From Candidatus Cloacimonadales bacterium (GTDB taxonomy: Bacteria > Cloacimonadota > Cloacimonadia > Cloacimonadales > JAFGVF01): DNA of 64,000 nt. Each line of letters opens with the position of its first letter. Within the stretch, counting starts at the first letter, position 1. The translations under genes were made by a program, and so were the position numbers. The notes beneath the pieces are model-generated. The model worked only from the letters and a program-made list of their open reading frames with translations. It had not been told where the DNA came from and searched no databases. The stretch lies in the NCBI GenBank assembly GCA_963677495.2, contig CAXXOU010000002.1, positions 230,523 to 294,522 of the forward strand, read 5' to 3'. This document shows positions 8,580 to 17,882 of the stretch, one piece after another.

Positions 8580-9647
8580 ATGATGAGAAGAGTATTCATT
8601 TTATTGGTCTTGGTTCTACTTCTAGGTTGTGCTCAAGAATCAAATGTTTTTGTTCCTGAATCAGGAACAGGGGAGATGCCTATATCACTCAACCTGGCAC
8701 CTGCTTTCGAACAAGGTTTACGCATATCAAGAGTGCTTGTAACCATTACAAAAGATGAGTTTATAGAGTCATTGGAGCTCAATGTCGATGGGACAAATGC
8801 TCATGGTACTTTTACCGGGCTTGAACCAGGTGAGTACCAGATTACTGTAAACATCTATGAAGGTGATACAATCGTTGCAACAGGTACAGGAAGTGCTACA
8901 ATTGTTGAGAACGAAACAGCTACGGCATTAATAAACTTAGAGTTTGTTGAACCTACAGGTGATTTAGAGATAGTTGTAACATGGGGTGAAATCCCTGAGC
9001 GTATCCTCTTTATTGGAAACAGTTATACCTATGGAAACGGTGGTATGGATAACATCCTCGAACAGATAGTCTGGGGCGAGAACCCCCTAGCAGAGATTGA
9101 GATAGATGCAATAACCGGTGGTGGTATGACTCTGCAGAACCACTATAATAACCAATCTACCATCAATTCTATAATGGAAGGTGACTATGATGTTGTGATT
9201 CTTCAGGAACAGAGTCAGATGCCATATCTTGATCAAGCTACGTTCTTTCAATATGCAACACTCATGGATGAAGTGATTGATGCTTCCGGAGCTGATACTT
9301 GGTTCTTTATGACTTGGGCACGCCAGTATGAACCACCCCAGATTGTAGAATTGCAGAGCGCTTATGAGACTATTGCTACAACATTGAATGCAGATGTTAT
9401 TCCTGTTGGTGTAGCTTTTGATCTCGTGAACATGGACCATAATCAACCCTTAGCTTTGAATATTTATAACTCAGACCAAAGTCACCCATCACAAGAAGGT
9501 TCATATCTTGCAGGACTATGTTTCTATATGCGTCTTTTCAAGCAGTCCCCAATGAATATATCATGGAGTTTTGCTACAACTACAGATGAGTATAGGACCT
9601 ATCTTCAACAGAAAGCATGGGATGCTTGTTTTGGGTATGGAAATTGA
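8580..9647 (+). CDS. Lipoprotein with C-terminal SGNH/GDSL-like hydrolase domain
   Basis: 355 aa with a lipobox (LLLGCAQ). FIGNSYTYGNGG (block I-like) and DQSHPSQEGSYLAG (block V DxxH-like). Confidence 0.55.
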   Translation: MMRRVFILLVLVLLLGCAQESNVFVPESGTGEMPISLNLAPAFEQGLRISRVLVTITKDEFIESLELNVDGTNAHGTFTGLEPGEYQITVNIYEGDTIVATGTGSATIVENETATALINLEFVEPTGDLEIVVTWGEIPERILFIGNSYTYGNGGMDNILEQIVWGENPLAEIEIDAITGGGMTLQNHYNNQSTINSIMEGDYDVVILQEQSQMPYLDQATFFQYATLMDEVIDASGADTWFFMTWARQYEPPQIVELQSAYETIATTLNADVIPVGVAFDLVNMDHNQPLALNIYNSDQSHPSQEGSYLAGLCFYMRLFKQSPMNISWSFATTTDEYRTYLQQKAWDACFGYGN

Positions 9648-9669
9648 TATAATCTAATCTTTATACAAG

Positions 9670-9696
9670 AAAAGGCAGGTGTCAAACCTGCCTTTT
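9670..9696. terminator. Bidirectional intrinsic terminator between convergent genes
   Basis: AAAAGGCAGGT-GTCAA-ACCTGCCTTTT: an 11-bp stem with A/T tracts on both sides, lying between the stops at 9647 (+) and 9714 (-). Confidence 0.7.
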
Positions 9697-9713
9697 CTAA
9701 ATTGATAAAGACA

Positions 9714-10085
9714 CTATCTCAAAGATTCAATCACTTCCTTTGTGAAAGGTGCTACTTTGATGAATTCTTCCATCATCTTACATGGATATTCTGCACATTC
9801 AGAGCAGTTCTGGTATCCTTTTGATACAACGCATGCTCTCATTTTACATTCATTACAATGTCCAAGTTTAACACCATCAGCCATGCAACCTTCGCAGTTG
9901 ATATGCTCTGCTTTGATCTCAGCATTATACATCTTAGACCACTCTTTAGCTGTCTTTGCTCTCAGTTCATCATTATTTGCTTTTGTGGCTTTATACGCTG
10001 CACACTCTGTACAAATAATTCCACAAGCACCTATTAGTCTTTCCATTACGATTCCTCCTGTTGACAGTATAGTAGAATCAGCCAC
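9714..10085 (-). CDS. Cys-rich DUF3795-like protein
   Basis: 123 aa. The pattern CGIICTEC...CEGC...CNEC...C...NCSECAEYPC is typical of DUF3795. Confidence 0.65.
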   Translation of the reverse strand: MADSTILSTGGIVMERLIGACGIICTECAAYKATKANNDELRAKTAKEWSKMYNAEIKAEHINCEGCMADGVKLGHCNECKMRACVVSKGYQNCSECAEYPCKMMEEFIKVAPFTKEVIESLR

Positions 10086-10244
10086 TGCAAGGTCAATAGC
10101 TTTTTTCGTAGTTTAAATAAACCCATATATATACTTCAAAGATAAGTAATTATCACTTCCTTAAAGTCTACAAGTAGAATGTATAGCAGTTTTTGTGCAC
10201 AAGTTGTACACTCTCAATGTTTTTGGAGCTTAAAAAAACTGTTC

Positions 10245-13028
10245 CTATCTTATCACCATCATTCTGCCGGTTGCAGTGTCATTACCGCTACTTACTCGGT
10301 AGAAATATATACCGGATGTTACTGACTTACTGCTAGCATCCCTACAGTCCCAAGCTTTGGAATAGTGAATCTTTGTCTCTGAAATCTCGATTTCCTTAAC
10401 TTTCTGTCCTTTTATATTGAAAATCTCTAATCTTGGCTTTTCGCTTGAATGCTTAGGTAAAGAGAAATCAATACTTACACCACTATTTGTGTTGCTAAGG
10501 AATACCGGATTAGGGTAATGAGATAATGAGATTGAATTCGAAAGAGAAGGGGCAGTTTCATCATCAATAGCATTGTACTCTTCAAACAGAGCAGTTAACT
10601 CAATATCGGAAGTCAGATTTACAATGATACTATCACTCTCTGCGTCAATACCATTCCAACCTGAGAATATATAACCGGGATTTGGAATTGCCTTTATTGT
10701 GACTGGGATATCTTGGAAGTACTCTCCGGTAAATGGGGTTGGAATTGAACTCTCATTATTCCCTAACTCCAATGAGTTAAGCAATACCGAACCAAAACTT
10801 GATTGATTAATGCTTAGAGTTAGGTTGGCAGTACCAGAATTTAAGTTAAACTTGTTAGTTAACTGAGTAATGATACTTGCAGGTCGATTGTTTAAGAATG
10901 CTCTTACTCCATTCACATCTGCGTTCCATTCCTCAGTAGTTTCGGGATAAGTCCATCGTGCAATATGCTCAGGCATATATGGTGCGAAGTCAGATTCTAC
11001 ACTGTCTAGCTTTCCAACAGTGGTTGTAGGGGATAGATATGAATTCATTGCATCGCAATAGTAGTTTATGAACATATTACGGAATTGTGGTGAACCTGTA
11101 TTGTAAGGTCCATCAGCAAGAAGATTACCATTGGCATCAGAAGCTCCAATAAGCTTTCTGAATAGTAGGAAGAAGTTATCATTCCAAGTACCAATTGAAC
11201 TTGCACTTTGGATTGTATTTGCAGTGTAATTGTGGAATCTTCCTAATGCTTGGTCTAAATCGAAGAGTACCCATCTGAATCTACCATCTTCGACAGCTTC
11301 ATCAGGAGTATCATCATAGAATTGATTAGGAGTAAACAACTCTGGTTTATAACGCCACATACGCACATTATATGAGGGCCAATCAGAGTTGGCAATAAAG
11401 GTTTCAGCAATGTAGTACTTAATGTAGTTCTCAATATCCATCATCTGCGAAAGTACGTCATAGTTTTCTTGAATTGAAAGGTCGTTATCTTGGACAAAGT
11501 TTAGGAGACTCATGTAATAGTCTTCTGTTCCCTCAATCTCACTTGGATGTGAAGCTCCTCTTGTTTCCAAAAAATCCATCTCATCTGTATCTACATCATG
11601 AATACGAGAGATGTAATCTTCACGTGAACGTTCACGCAGATTATGCAACCCCCAGTATTCACCATTTATGAACAATACAACAGTTCGATAGGGAGCAGTT
11701 GATAAATCCTGTTCTTTGAACAAGGTCTGTCCGAATGCATCTCTAAAAAGTGTCTGCTGAACATCTTGTCCGGACGCTCTAACCAAGAAGGATTCAAAGC
11801 TCTCATCTGAGCCTGTATCAAACAAGTCGTAGTTTAACTCTGTAACTCCAATATTACTACCAAACTCTATTCTTAAGCCTTTACGCATAAGATTAGCTGA
11901 AGCAGAACCATGGATTTGAGCGATTGCATTTGTAGCAAATCCATCTGTTCTGTTTGGCTCCCAAAGCTGCAAATGAATAGGTCGTTCCCAGTCCTGACTA
12001 TAATTTGCTGTAGCTGAGGTTGTGTTTGGCTCACCATTTTCATCAGTACCGGGAATATATATACCTGTAGTGTTTCCAAAGAAGTTATCTCTAGATGTTA
12101 CCAATGATATGACAGGAATATCCTGATATTGTGCTTGTATCTCAGACCCAATGAAGTAAGTTAGACTCAAAGTCTTACTAGCCATTGCACCGGGTTTGAC
12201 TACCTTAGTACGTACTATAGTAGCCTTACTGATTAGCTCAGTAGGGGGATTCCAGTTGTATATCCAGCTACCTGAATCATCCAAAGTAGTACGTATCATT
12301 GAAATATCATTTGGATTTGAACTTATATCATCTATTGAAATAAAGTCACTGTTATTGAATTGATATGTATTAGGAGAGCCGGGAATAGGTTCTGAACAAT
12401 CAAGTGTATAGTATATTAATGCATCGGGTTCGGTTGTTGACAGTGATAATTGAATTGGGTTGTTATAGAATCCAGATTCATGATTAACTGTTGGTTGTTC
12501 CAAAAACTCTTGGAATCCTGTTTGAGTTTCATTCGGTAGGAAAGGAGTAGGTGTTGTGAAATAAGCCCAGTCTATAGCACCATCAGACAAACGACCGAAT
12601 GATTCATCCTGCATAAGCTCTGGCAACGTAATCTGGTTAATTATGTTTCCTGATGGTGAACTTAGAACAACGGTCTCACCATTACTAATCTTGAAGTTAG
12701 TATGTAACTCTCCCTCTGCTGTTACTAAATCACGGTCTGAAGCCCAAATCAATATTCTACCATGACTCGCAATAGCACCAGATGGAATCTGCCACTTCTG
12801 GGGATTGTTCACTCTGTCCGAGATGTAATACCCGGTTAAGTCAATAGCGGAATCAGTTGGATTATAAAGCTCAACCCAATCATTATAAGAACCAAACGAG
12901 TTAGCAATCGTGTTCTGATTTGATGCTTGGATTTCGTTTAGCATTGGTGTCTGTGCTAATACAGTTGTGATGCCTAATATGCTAAGTAATAAAAGGATTG
13001 TTTTCTTCAATGTTCCCTCTTCTATCAT
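10245..13028 (-). CDS. Secreted CotH kinase-family protein with N-terminal lamin-tail (LTD) domain and T9SS-type C-terminal domain
   Basis: 927 aa with a signal peptide. LTD-like LNEIQASN...DWVELYNPTDSAIDLTGYYISD. CotH-like core (FINGEYWGLHNLRER, IKYYIAETFIANSDW). C-terminal YPNPV...IFNIKGQKV...SGIYFYRV. Confidence 0.8.
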   Translation of the reverse strand: MIEEGTLKKTILLLLSILGITTVLAQTPMLNEIQASNQNTIANSFGSYNDWVELYNPTDSAIDLTGYYISDRVNNPQKWQIPSGAIASHGRILIWASDRDLVTAEGELHTNFKISNGETVVLSSPSGNIINQITLPELMQDESFGRLSDGAIDWAYFTTPTPFLPNETQTGFQEFLEQPTVNHESGFYNNPIQLSLSTTEPDALIYYTLDCSEPIPGSPNTYQFNNSDFISIDDISSNPNDISMIRTTLDDSGSWIYNWNPPTELISKATIVRTKVVKPGAMASKTLSLTYFIGSEIQAQYQDIPVISLVTSRDNFFGNTTGIYIPGTDENGEPNTTSATANYSQDWERPIHLQLWEPNRTDGFATNAIAQIHGSASANLMRKGLRIEFGSNIGVTELNYDLFDTGSDESFESFLVRASGQDVQQTLFRDAFGQTLFKEQDLSTAPYRTVVLFINGEYWGLHNLRERSREDYISRIHDVDTDEMDFLETRGASHPSEIEGTEDYYMSLLNFVQDNDLSIQENYDVLSQMMDIENYIKYYIAETFIANSDWPSYNVRMWRYKPELFTPNQFYDDTPDEAVEDGRFRWVLFDLDQALGRFHNYTANTIQSASSIGTWNDNFFLLFRKLIGASDANGNLLADGPYNTGSPQFRNMFINYYCDAMNSYLSPTTTVGKLDSVESDFAPYMPEHIARWTYPETTEEWNADVNGVRAFLNNRPASIITQLTNKFNLNSGTANLTLSINQSSFGSVLLNSLELGNNESSIPTPFTGEYFQDIPVTIKAIPNPGYIFSGWNGIDAESDSIIVNLTSDIELTALFEEYNAIDDETAPSLSNSISLSHYPNPVFLSNTNSGVSIDFSLPKHSSEKPRLEIFNIKGQKVKEIEISETKIHYSKAWDCRDASSKSVTSGIYFYRVSSGNDTATGRMMVIR

Positions 13029-13118
13029 GAGTTAATTCTTATGAAAGTAACACTGCCTACCTGTTTTTTAGCTGTCAAGAGTAATGTGCTTCACTCGGTT
13101 AGCTTTAGTTGAAATCTA

Positions 13119-13210
13119 TAGCAGTCACCATTACGACCAACGGGAGTTCGGGGAACCGACTGAAAGGAGCTCGTAAGCTGATAAGCGAACAACTTCTTGC
13201 GACTTCGAAG
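13119..13210 (+). repeat. Dispersed repeat family 'CAGTCACCATTACGACC', copy 1
   Basis: CAGTCACCATTACGACCAACGGGAG...GAGCTCGTAAGC...ACAACTTC also occurs at 53362-53440 (with a 22-nt deletion), 56283-56388 and, reverse-complemented, at 38822-38866. Confidence 0.75.
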
Positions 13211-13293
13211 TAAGATATAAGTTTCTCATTTACCCAAACTCGCATTGGTAACTGCATCCGTGGGATAAGAGTTGCTTTTGACTTAAACATATT

Positions 13294-13475
13294 CGACCCC
13301 GTTGGGGTCGTTGATTCTTAAGGGGACTTGACACCATGCATTGCATACATTGGCTACTCACATTTTATCCCTTTGGGATAATTCCTGCTAACCATGGAAT
13401 GGTTACCTATAAGTAGCCCCGAATGCAATTCGGGGTTTTGAAGCACCTTCCTATTTTGTAACCCCAACGGGGTTA
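13294..13475. repeat. Cluster of five short tri-loop hairpins
   Basis: CGACCCC-GTT-GGGGTCG (13294-13310), ATCCC-TTT-GGGAT (13367-13379), TAACCAT-GGA-ATGGTTA (13389-13405), CCCCGAAT-GCA-ATTCGGGG (13417-13435), TAACCCC-AAC-GGGGTTA (13459-13475). Confidence 0.7.
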
Positions 13476-13509
13476 AATCTGGTTAAAAGTTAATTCCAAG
13501 TTAATACTA

Positions 13510-13655
13510 CTCTCACTGCTCTATCACAATTCCCATGAGTCTCTAGAGGGTCTCCTATTGAAATCCTATTAATTTCCGGTTATGGGGGATAGGAGACTGA
13601 GTAGAATGTGGTAAGGTGAGTATAGTTTTTGAATCATTATTGTGATAGGGTAATG
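13510..13655. repeat. Phased-word hairpin element, copy 3
   Basis: Arms CTATCACAAT (13521-13530) and ATTGTGATAG (13639-13648). CCTAT/CCTAT/CCGGT start at 13554, 13565 and 13576 (11-nt phase). Inner stem GTCTCCTAT / ATAGGAGAC. Shares the AATTC(C/T)CATGAGTCTCT core with 16207-16300. Confidence 0.7.
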
Positions 13656-13862
13656 AAATGGGCATGTAGCTCCAATTTTACATTAAAATGTACGCCCTTT
13701 AAAAGCTATTTCTGCCTTCCTTATTTCTCAATAGATACTCGTTAGCTTCCCTTTAGATCCCCGTTTCGGAAGTAGGGAATTGGATACGCAATAGATGGGA
13801 TAAAGATGTAGACAAAATTCCAATTAAGAAAGAACAATTCTAAAGATATAAATCAGGGAAAT

Positions 13863-13901
13863 AGAAAAAGCCCCACACCTGGATGTATGAGGTCCTTTTT
13901 T
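13863..13901 (+). repeat. 38-nt box AGAAAAAGCCCCACACCTGGATGTATGAGG(T/C)CCTTTTTT, copy 1
   Basis: Near-identical (one mismatch) to 16372-16410. The two copies bracket the Reg_prop gene. Confidence 0.8.
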
Positions 13902-13979
13902 GCAATTCATTATTAGTAATAGTTTTATGGAACAAATATTGCATCTATATTATTAAATTAATGAAGGAGTTATACTATT

Positions 13980-16145
13980 ATGAAAAGGGATTCTATCATT
14001 TTACTTCTGATTCTATTGTTTTCATCTACTATTTTATTTGCCCAGGATATGCAATGGAAGCAATATACTAATGGTGATTATACTCGTTGCTCAGCTTTTG
14101 ATGGAGATTGTGTATGGGTTGGAACACAAGGTGGACTAGTAAAATATAATACTATCACTGAAAGCACTGAGTACTTCAATAATGCAAACTCAGAACTTCC
14201 ACATAACGATGTAACTTCGATTGTTGTATCTAGTGACGGTACGAAATGGATAGGAACAAGATATGGTGGACTAGCAAGCATTCACAACGGTAACTGGACT
14301 ATCTATAATAGCTCTAATTCAGGTCTTCCTTCAAACTCTATTGATTGCCTGGCAATAGATGATTCTGATGATCTTTGGATTGGCTCATACGGACTGACCA
14401 AATTCGATGGTGTAAACTGGACGACATGGAACTCAGAAAACAGTTCATTATCCAGTAATATGATTAAATCAATTGATTTTGATAGTCTGGGCAACATTTG
14501 GTTCGCATTGTTTTATAGAGGTCTCGTAAGCTTTGATGGCTCAACTTTTATTGAGTATTCTGCCCATGAAATAGATTTACCATTTAACTGCTCAAAGGGT
14601 ATAGCAATAGATGACAATAATGTTGTTTGGTTAGCTGCAGACTTTCATGGAGGTTTATATCGATTCGATGGTACCTGCTGGACTGAGTATCAAACGAACA
14701 ATAGTGGCATTCAGAGTGACTACTTAAGGGATGTTACAATTGATTCAGATGGAATAATCTGGCTCTCTGCAGCCAGTGGAGTAATAAAATATAATGGAAC
14801 GTCATGGGAACATTATAACACTACTAACTCAGGTTTACCTTATAGCAATGTTCTAGATATATCTGTTGCCGACGAAAAACTATTTGTTTGTACATCGTTT
14901 GGCTCTGTACTTTTTGACAAGATTGCGAACACATGGGTTAACTTGAATGAAAGCAACTCTCAACTAGATACAAATAGAATTAATGATATTGTTGTAGACT
15001 TAGATGGAGATGTTTGGTTTTCATCTCATGGTATTACTCGTATCGAAGGTGATACTTGGAATCAGTATCTAGAAGAAAATACTGGTGCTCCAATTGATTA
15101 TAACAGGGATATTGAGTTTGACTCTAATGGAGTTCTTTGGGTAGCAACTTCAAGTGATGGACTTGTTTCATTTGATGGCTCTGACTGGATAGAATTCAAT
15201 ACTAGTAATTCTGATATCCCTACAGATCATATGGAGTCTATGGAAATTGATAATAATGGCACTATCTGGTGCATCGGACACTATGACAAAGATAGAGTAT
15301 TGTTTAACTATGATGGCAATGGTTTTACAACTTATTGGGATCTATTTAACTACTATGACAGAGGGTTCAATCTTGTAATTGACTCTGATAACACAGTTTG
15401 GATAGAAGCAGATTATGAACTTGCACATTTTGTTAACAATCAGTGGATCCATTACACAGCTGATAACTCAGGATTGAGAGATGAATATATCTGTGACATA
15501 GCTGTAAACAATAATCTCATTTGGATTACTTACAGTGATGGATTTATTTCAAGCTATGATGGATTAAACTGGGTAGACTATGATCTGACACCATATGGTT
15601 TAACTTTCGGTTCCTTCCAAATCCATTACTTTGACTCAAATGATTGTATATGGTTATCAAACAAAAACTACGAACATACTGATTCATATCTGGCAAAGTT
15701 CAGTTTTAATGATGTACAGTACTTCAGGACTTCCAATTCCGGTTTGTCAAGTAACAAAGTTTCAGCAATGGTAGCAGATAATAATGAAACCTTGTGGTTC
15801 GCTACAGAAGGTGGAATCGCTATTTACGGTGAACAAGCAGTTTCATTACAAGATGATATTCAAGCTTTTGAACAGCTTAACTTTACTAATTACCCCAATC
15901 CTTTCAATCCTTCTACTAATATCTCATTCACTCTTAGTAAAGCACAAAAAGTGAAGCTTTCTGTTTATAATGTGAGAGGACAGCTTGTAAACTTGATTAC
16001 TGAAAACTCATTTAGTAAAGGTACACATTCAATCGAATGGGATGGTTTAGATAAGGATAACAGAACTGTTTCAAGTGGTGTATACTTCTTTAGGATTGAA
16101 TCTGAGAGTTCTATTGAATCTAGTAAAGCATTATTGTTAAAATAA
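13980..16145 (+). CDS. Secreted beta-propeller protein (two-component regulator propeller / Reg_prop-type repeats) with T9SS-type C-terminal domain
   Basis: 721 aa with a signal peptide. Many repeats of the form GGL..(F/Y)DG..W..Y...NSGL.SN.I..I..D..G.IW. C-terminal NYPNPFNPSTNISF...VYNVRGQLV...SGVYFFRI. Confidence 0.8.
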   Translation: MKRDSIILLLILLFSSTILFAQDMQWKQYTNGDYTRCSAFDGDCVWVGTQGGLVKYNTITESTEYFNNANSELPHNDVTSIVVSSDGTKWIGTRYGGLASIHNGNWTIYNSSNSGLPSNSIDCLAIDDSDDLWIGSYGLTKFDGVNWTTWNSENSSLSSNMIKSIDFDSLGNIWFALFYRGLVSFDGSTFIEYSAHEIDLPFNCSKGIAIDDNNVVWLAADFHGGLYRFDGTCWTEYQTNNSGIQSDYLRDVTIDSDGIIWLSAASGVIKYNGTSWEHYNTTNSGLPYSNVLDISVADEKLFVCTSFGSVLFDKIANTWVNLNESNSQLDTNRINDIVVDLDGDVWFSSHGITRIEGDTWNQYLEENTGAPIDYNRDIEFDSNGVLWVATSSDGLVSFDGSDWIEFNTSNSDIPTDHMESMEIDNNGTIWCIGHYDKDRVLFNYDGNGFTTYWDLFNYYDRGFNLVIDSDNTVWIEADYELAHFVNNQWIHYTADNSGLRDEYICDIAVNNNLIWITYSDGFISSYDGLNWVDYDLTPYGLTFGSFQIHYFDSNDCIWLSNKNYEHTDSYLAKFSFNDVQYFRTSNSGLSSNKVSAMVADNNETLWFATEGGIAIYGEQAVSLQDDIQAFEQLNFTNYPNPFNPSTNISFTLSKAQKVKLSVYNVRGQLVNLITENSFSKGTHSIEWDGLDKDNRTVSSGVYFFRIESESSIESSKALLLK

Positions 16146-16164
16146 AGATATCAATTTAAACAAA

Positions 16165-16192
16165 AAAGGGTACTCAATTCCGAGTACCCTTT
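16165..16192 (+). terminator. Intrinsic terminator after the Reg_prop gene
   Basis: AAAGGGTACTC-AATTCC-GAGTACCCTTT, 20 nt after the stop codon. Confidence 0.65.
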
Positions 16193-16206
16193 GCTCATAT
16201 CTTCTT

Positions 16207-16300
16207 CATTACTCCCTCACAATTCTCATGAGTCTCTTGGGCCTTTCTTGGGGATTTCAGGAAAATTAACTGATCTAATGTATAAGAGAGTGATAGGAAA
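16207..16300. repeat. Phased-word element, copy 4 (arms degenerate)
   Basis: Core CACAATTCTCATGAGTCTCTTGGGCC. CTTGG at 16236 and 16247 and CAGG at 16258 (11-nt phase). Confidence 0.55.
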
Positions 16301-16371
16301 ATGGCAAGGAAGGGACCATTAAGAAATCAGTATTAAGATAGAGCAATGTAGAAGGTATAAGTTATGGAAAC

Positions 16372-16410
16372 AGAAAAAGCCCCACACCTGGATGTATGAG
16401 GCCCTTTTTT
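16372..16410 (+). repeat. 38-nt box, copy 2
   Basis: See 13863-13901. Confidence 0.8.
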
Positions 16411-16586
16411 ATACGTCATTGGATGGATACTTATTTTATATGCATAAAGCGTTCCATTTGTTGTGAGTTTTACTAAATAAATTTAATTAACTGACTAGGC
16501 TATACTAGAACTAAATGCTTAAACACCACTTAAGTATGGATTCTAGGAGCAATATCAAAAATGAATAATATACATATCATTGTAAT

Positions 16587-16618
16587 ATAAAAAAGGATGA
16601 CTTTGTTTGTCATCCTTT
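16587..16618 (-). terminator. Intrinsic terminator of ansA
   Basis: On the minus strand, AAGGATGAC-AAACAAA-GTCATCCTT is followed by a T6 run, immediately after the ansA stop. Confidence 0.75.
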
Positions 16619-16623
16619 AAAGC

Positions 16624-17598
16624 TTAACTTTCACTGTTCTTAAAGAACTTTCTGACCAGTTCAGGATCCTTGTACTTACCAAAGAGTACCATCAGCTTAA
16701 TGCGTGCTTTCTGACCTTTAAGGTCTCCACCCATAAGACAACCCATCTCAACGAGTTTTGCTCCTCCACCAACATAACCATATTCAGACATGACACGTCC
16801 TGTCATTGATCTGGTTACGATTATTACAAGTATACCGGCATCCAATACTTCTTGAATCGCAGGGACTATTTCTTTTGGCACATTACCACGTCCGAATGCT
16901 TCAATAACAACAGCTTTAGCATTATGCTCAATAGAAGCTTTCAAGTATCTTCCATCCATACCTGCTGCGAGTTTAATTAAGTCAACGTTGGTATCAATGC
17001 TGTCAGTCCAAAAACTCTCATTAGTTGACAATGAGCGTTCGAAGATGATTTTATCAGGGTCTACCATACCAAGTTTACCATACCCGGGTGAGATAAAAGT
17101 GTTTACTTTGCTTGTATCCGATTTAATCACTTCGCGTGCAGCATGGATTTCATCATTCATTACTACAAGCACACCTTTGTCTGCAGCAGCATATGTACTG
17201 GCAACGCGAACAGCACCAATTATGTTTCTTGGTCCATCGAGACCAAGATCGTTGAAGTTACGCATTGCAGCTGTGAAAACAATTGGTTTTGAGGATGTAA
17301 TAACAAGGTCCAGTAAGTAAGCAGTTTCTTCAAGAGTATCAGTTCCATGAGTAATAACGATGCCGTCATAATCAGCAGACTTTATCTCAACTAATTTAGC
17401 AAGTTCAAACATCTTCTCAGGAGTCATCCAGGGACTGGGTATATCGAGCCAATCCAGTACATCAACTTTAGCCACCTTAGCTAATTGCGGGAAGGAGTGC
17501 AAGAACTCCTCTAACTCATGAGTAGGTACTACTCCTGAGTTTTCAACATTTCTCATGCCGATTGTACCACCGGTAAGTATGATTAATATATTCCTCAT
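16624..17598 (-). CDS. ansA: L-asparaginase, type I
   Basis: 324 aa. N-terminal ILTGGTIGM (catalytic Thr) and the second motif HGTDTLEETAYLL. Confidence 0.9.
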   Translation of the reverse strand: MRNILIILTGGTIGMRNVENSGVVPTHELEEFLHSFPQLAKVAKVDVLDWLDIPSPWMTPEKMFELAKLVEIKSADYDGIVITHGTDTLEETAYLLDLVITSSKPIVFTAAMRNFNDLGLDGPRNIIGAVRVASTYAAADKGVLVVMNDEIHAAREVIKSDTSKVNTFISPGYGKLGMVDPDKIIFERSLSTNESFWTDSIDTNVDLIKLAAGMDGRYLKASIEHNAKAVVIEAFGRGNVPKEIVPAIQEVLDAGILVIIVTRSMTGRVMSEYGYVGGGAKLVEMGCLMGGDLKGQKARIKLMVLFGKYKDPELVRKFFKNSES

Positions 17599-17692
17599 AT
17601 CAACCTCAAATTCATAATTTTCTTCTAACTAAAACCTTATCTGCTCGGGTGTGAAATGCGTCAACCAAAGAGTTGGTTAAGAGAAGCTTTTA

Positions 17693-17788
17693 CCTTTGGA
17701 ATGGTCCCCAGACCTTCCAAATGGTGAAAAACGATATGGATTTATTGTTAGTGATGAGACTACCATTCCGAAGGTCTGGGGACCATTC
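17693..17788. repeat. Long hairpin repeat (about 27-bp stem)
   Basis: GGAATGGTCCCCAGACCTTC (17698-17717) pairs perfectly over 19 bp with GAAGGTCTGGGGACCATTC (17770-17788), and pairing continues inward (CAAATGGT / ACCATTCCG). The left arm recurs at 61935-61968. Confidence 0.75.
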
Positions 17789-17882
17789 AGAAGGTAGATA
17801 TAACACCCCGTCGTTAAAACGGCACCCTCTACAGAGGGGAATAGGCAGCTCTATCGAGCTGTGGGCAAGCAGGGTACATGCC

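Noticed and set aside
13863-13901. The 38-nt box AAAAAGCCCC...GG(T/C)CCTTTTTT looked like a Rho-independent terminator
   Set aside because: The two G/C blocks are not complementary (GCCCC vs GGTCC/GGCCC), so no stable stem forms. It is treated as a direct repeat only.
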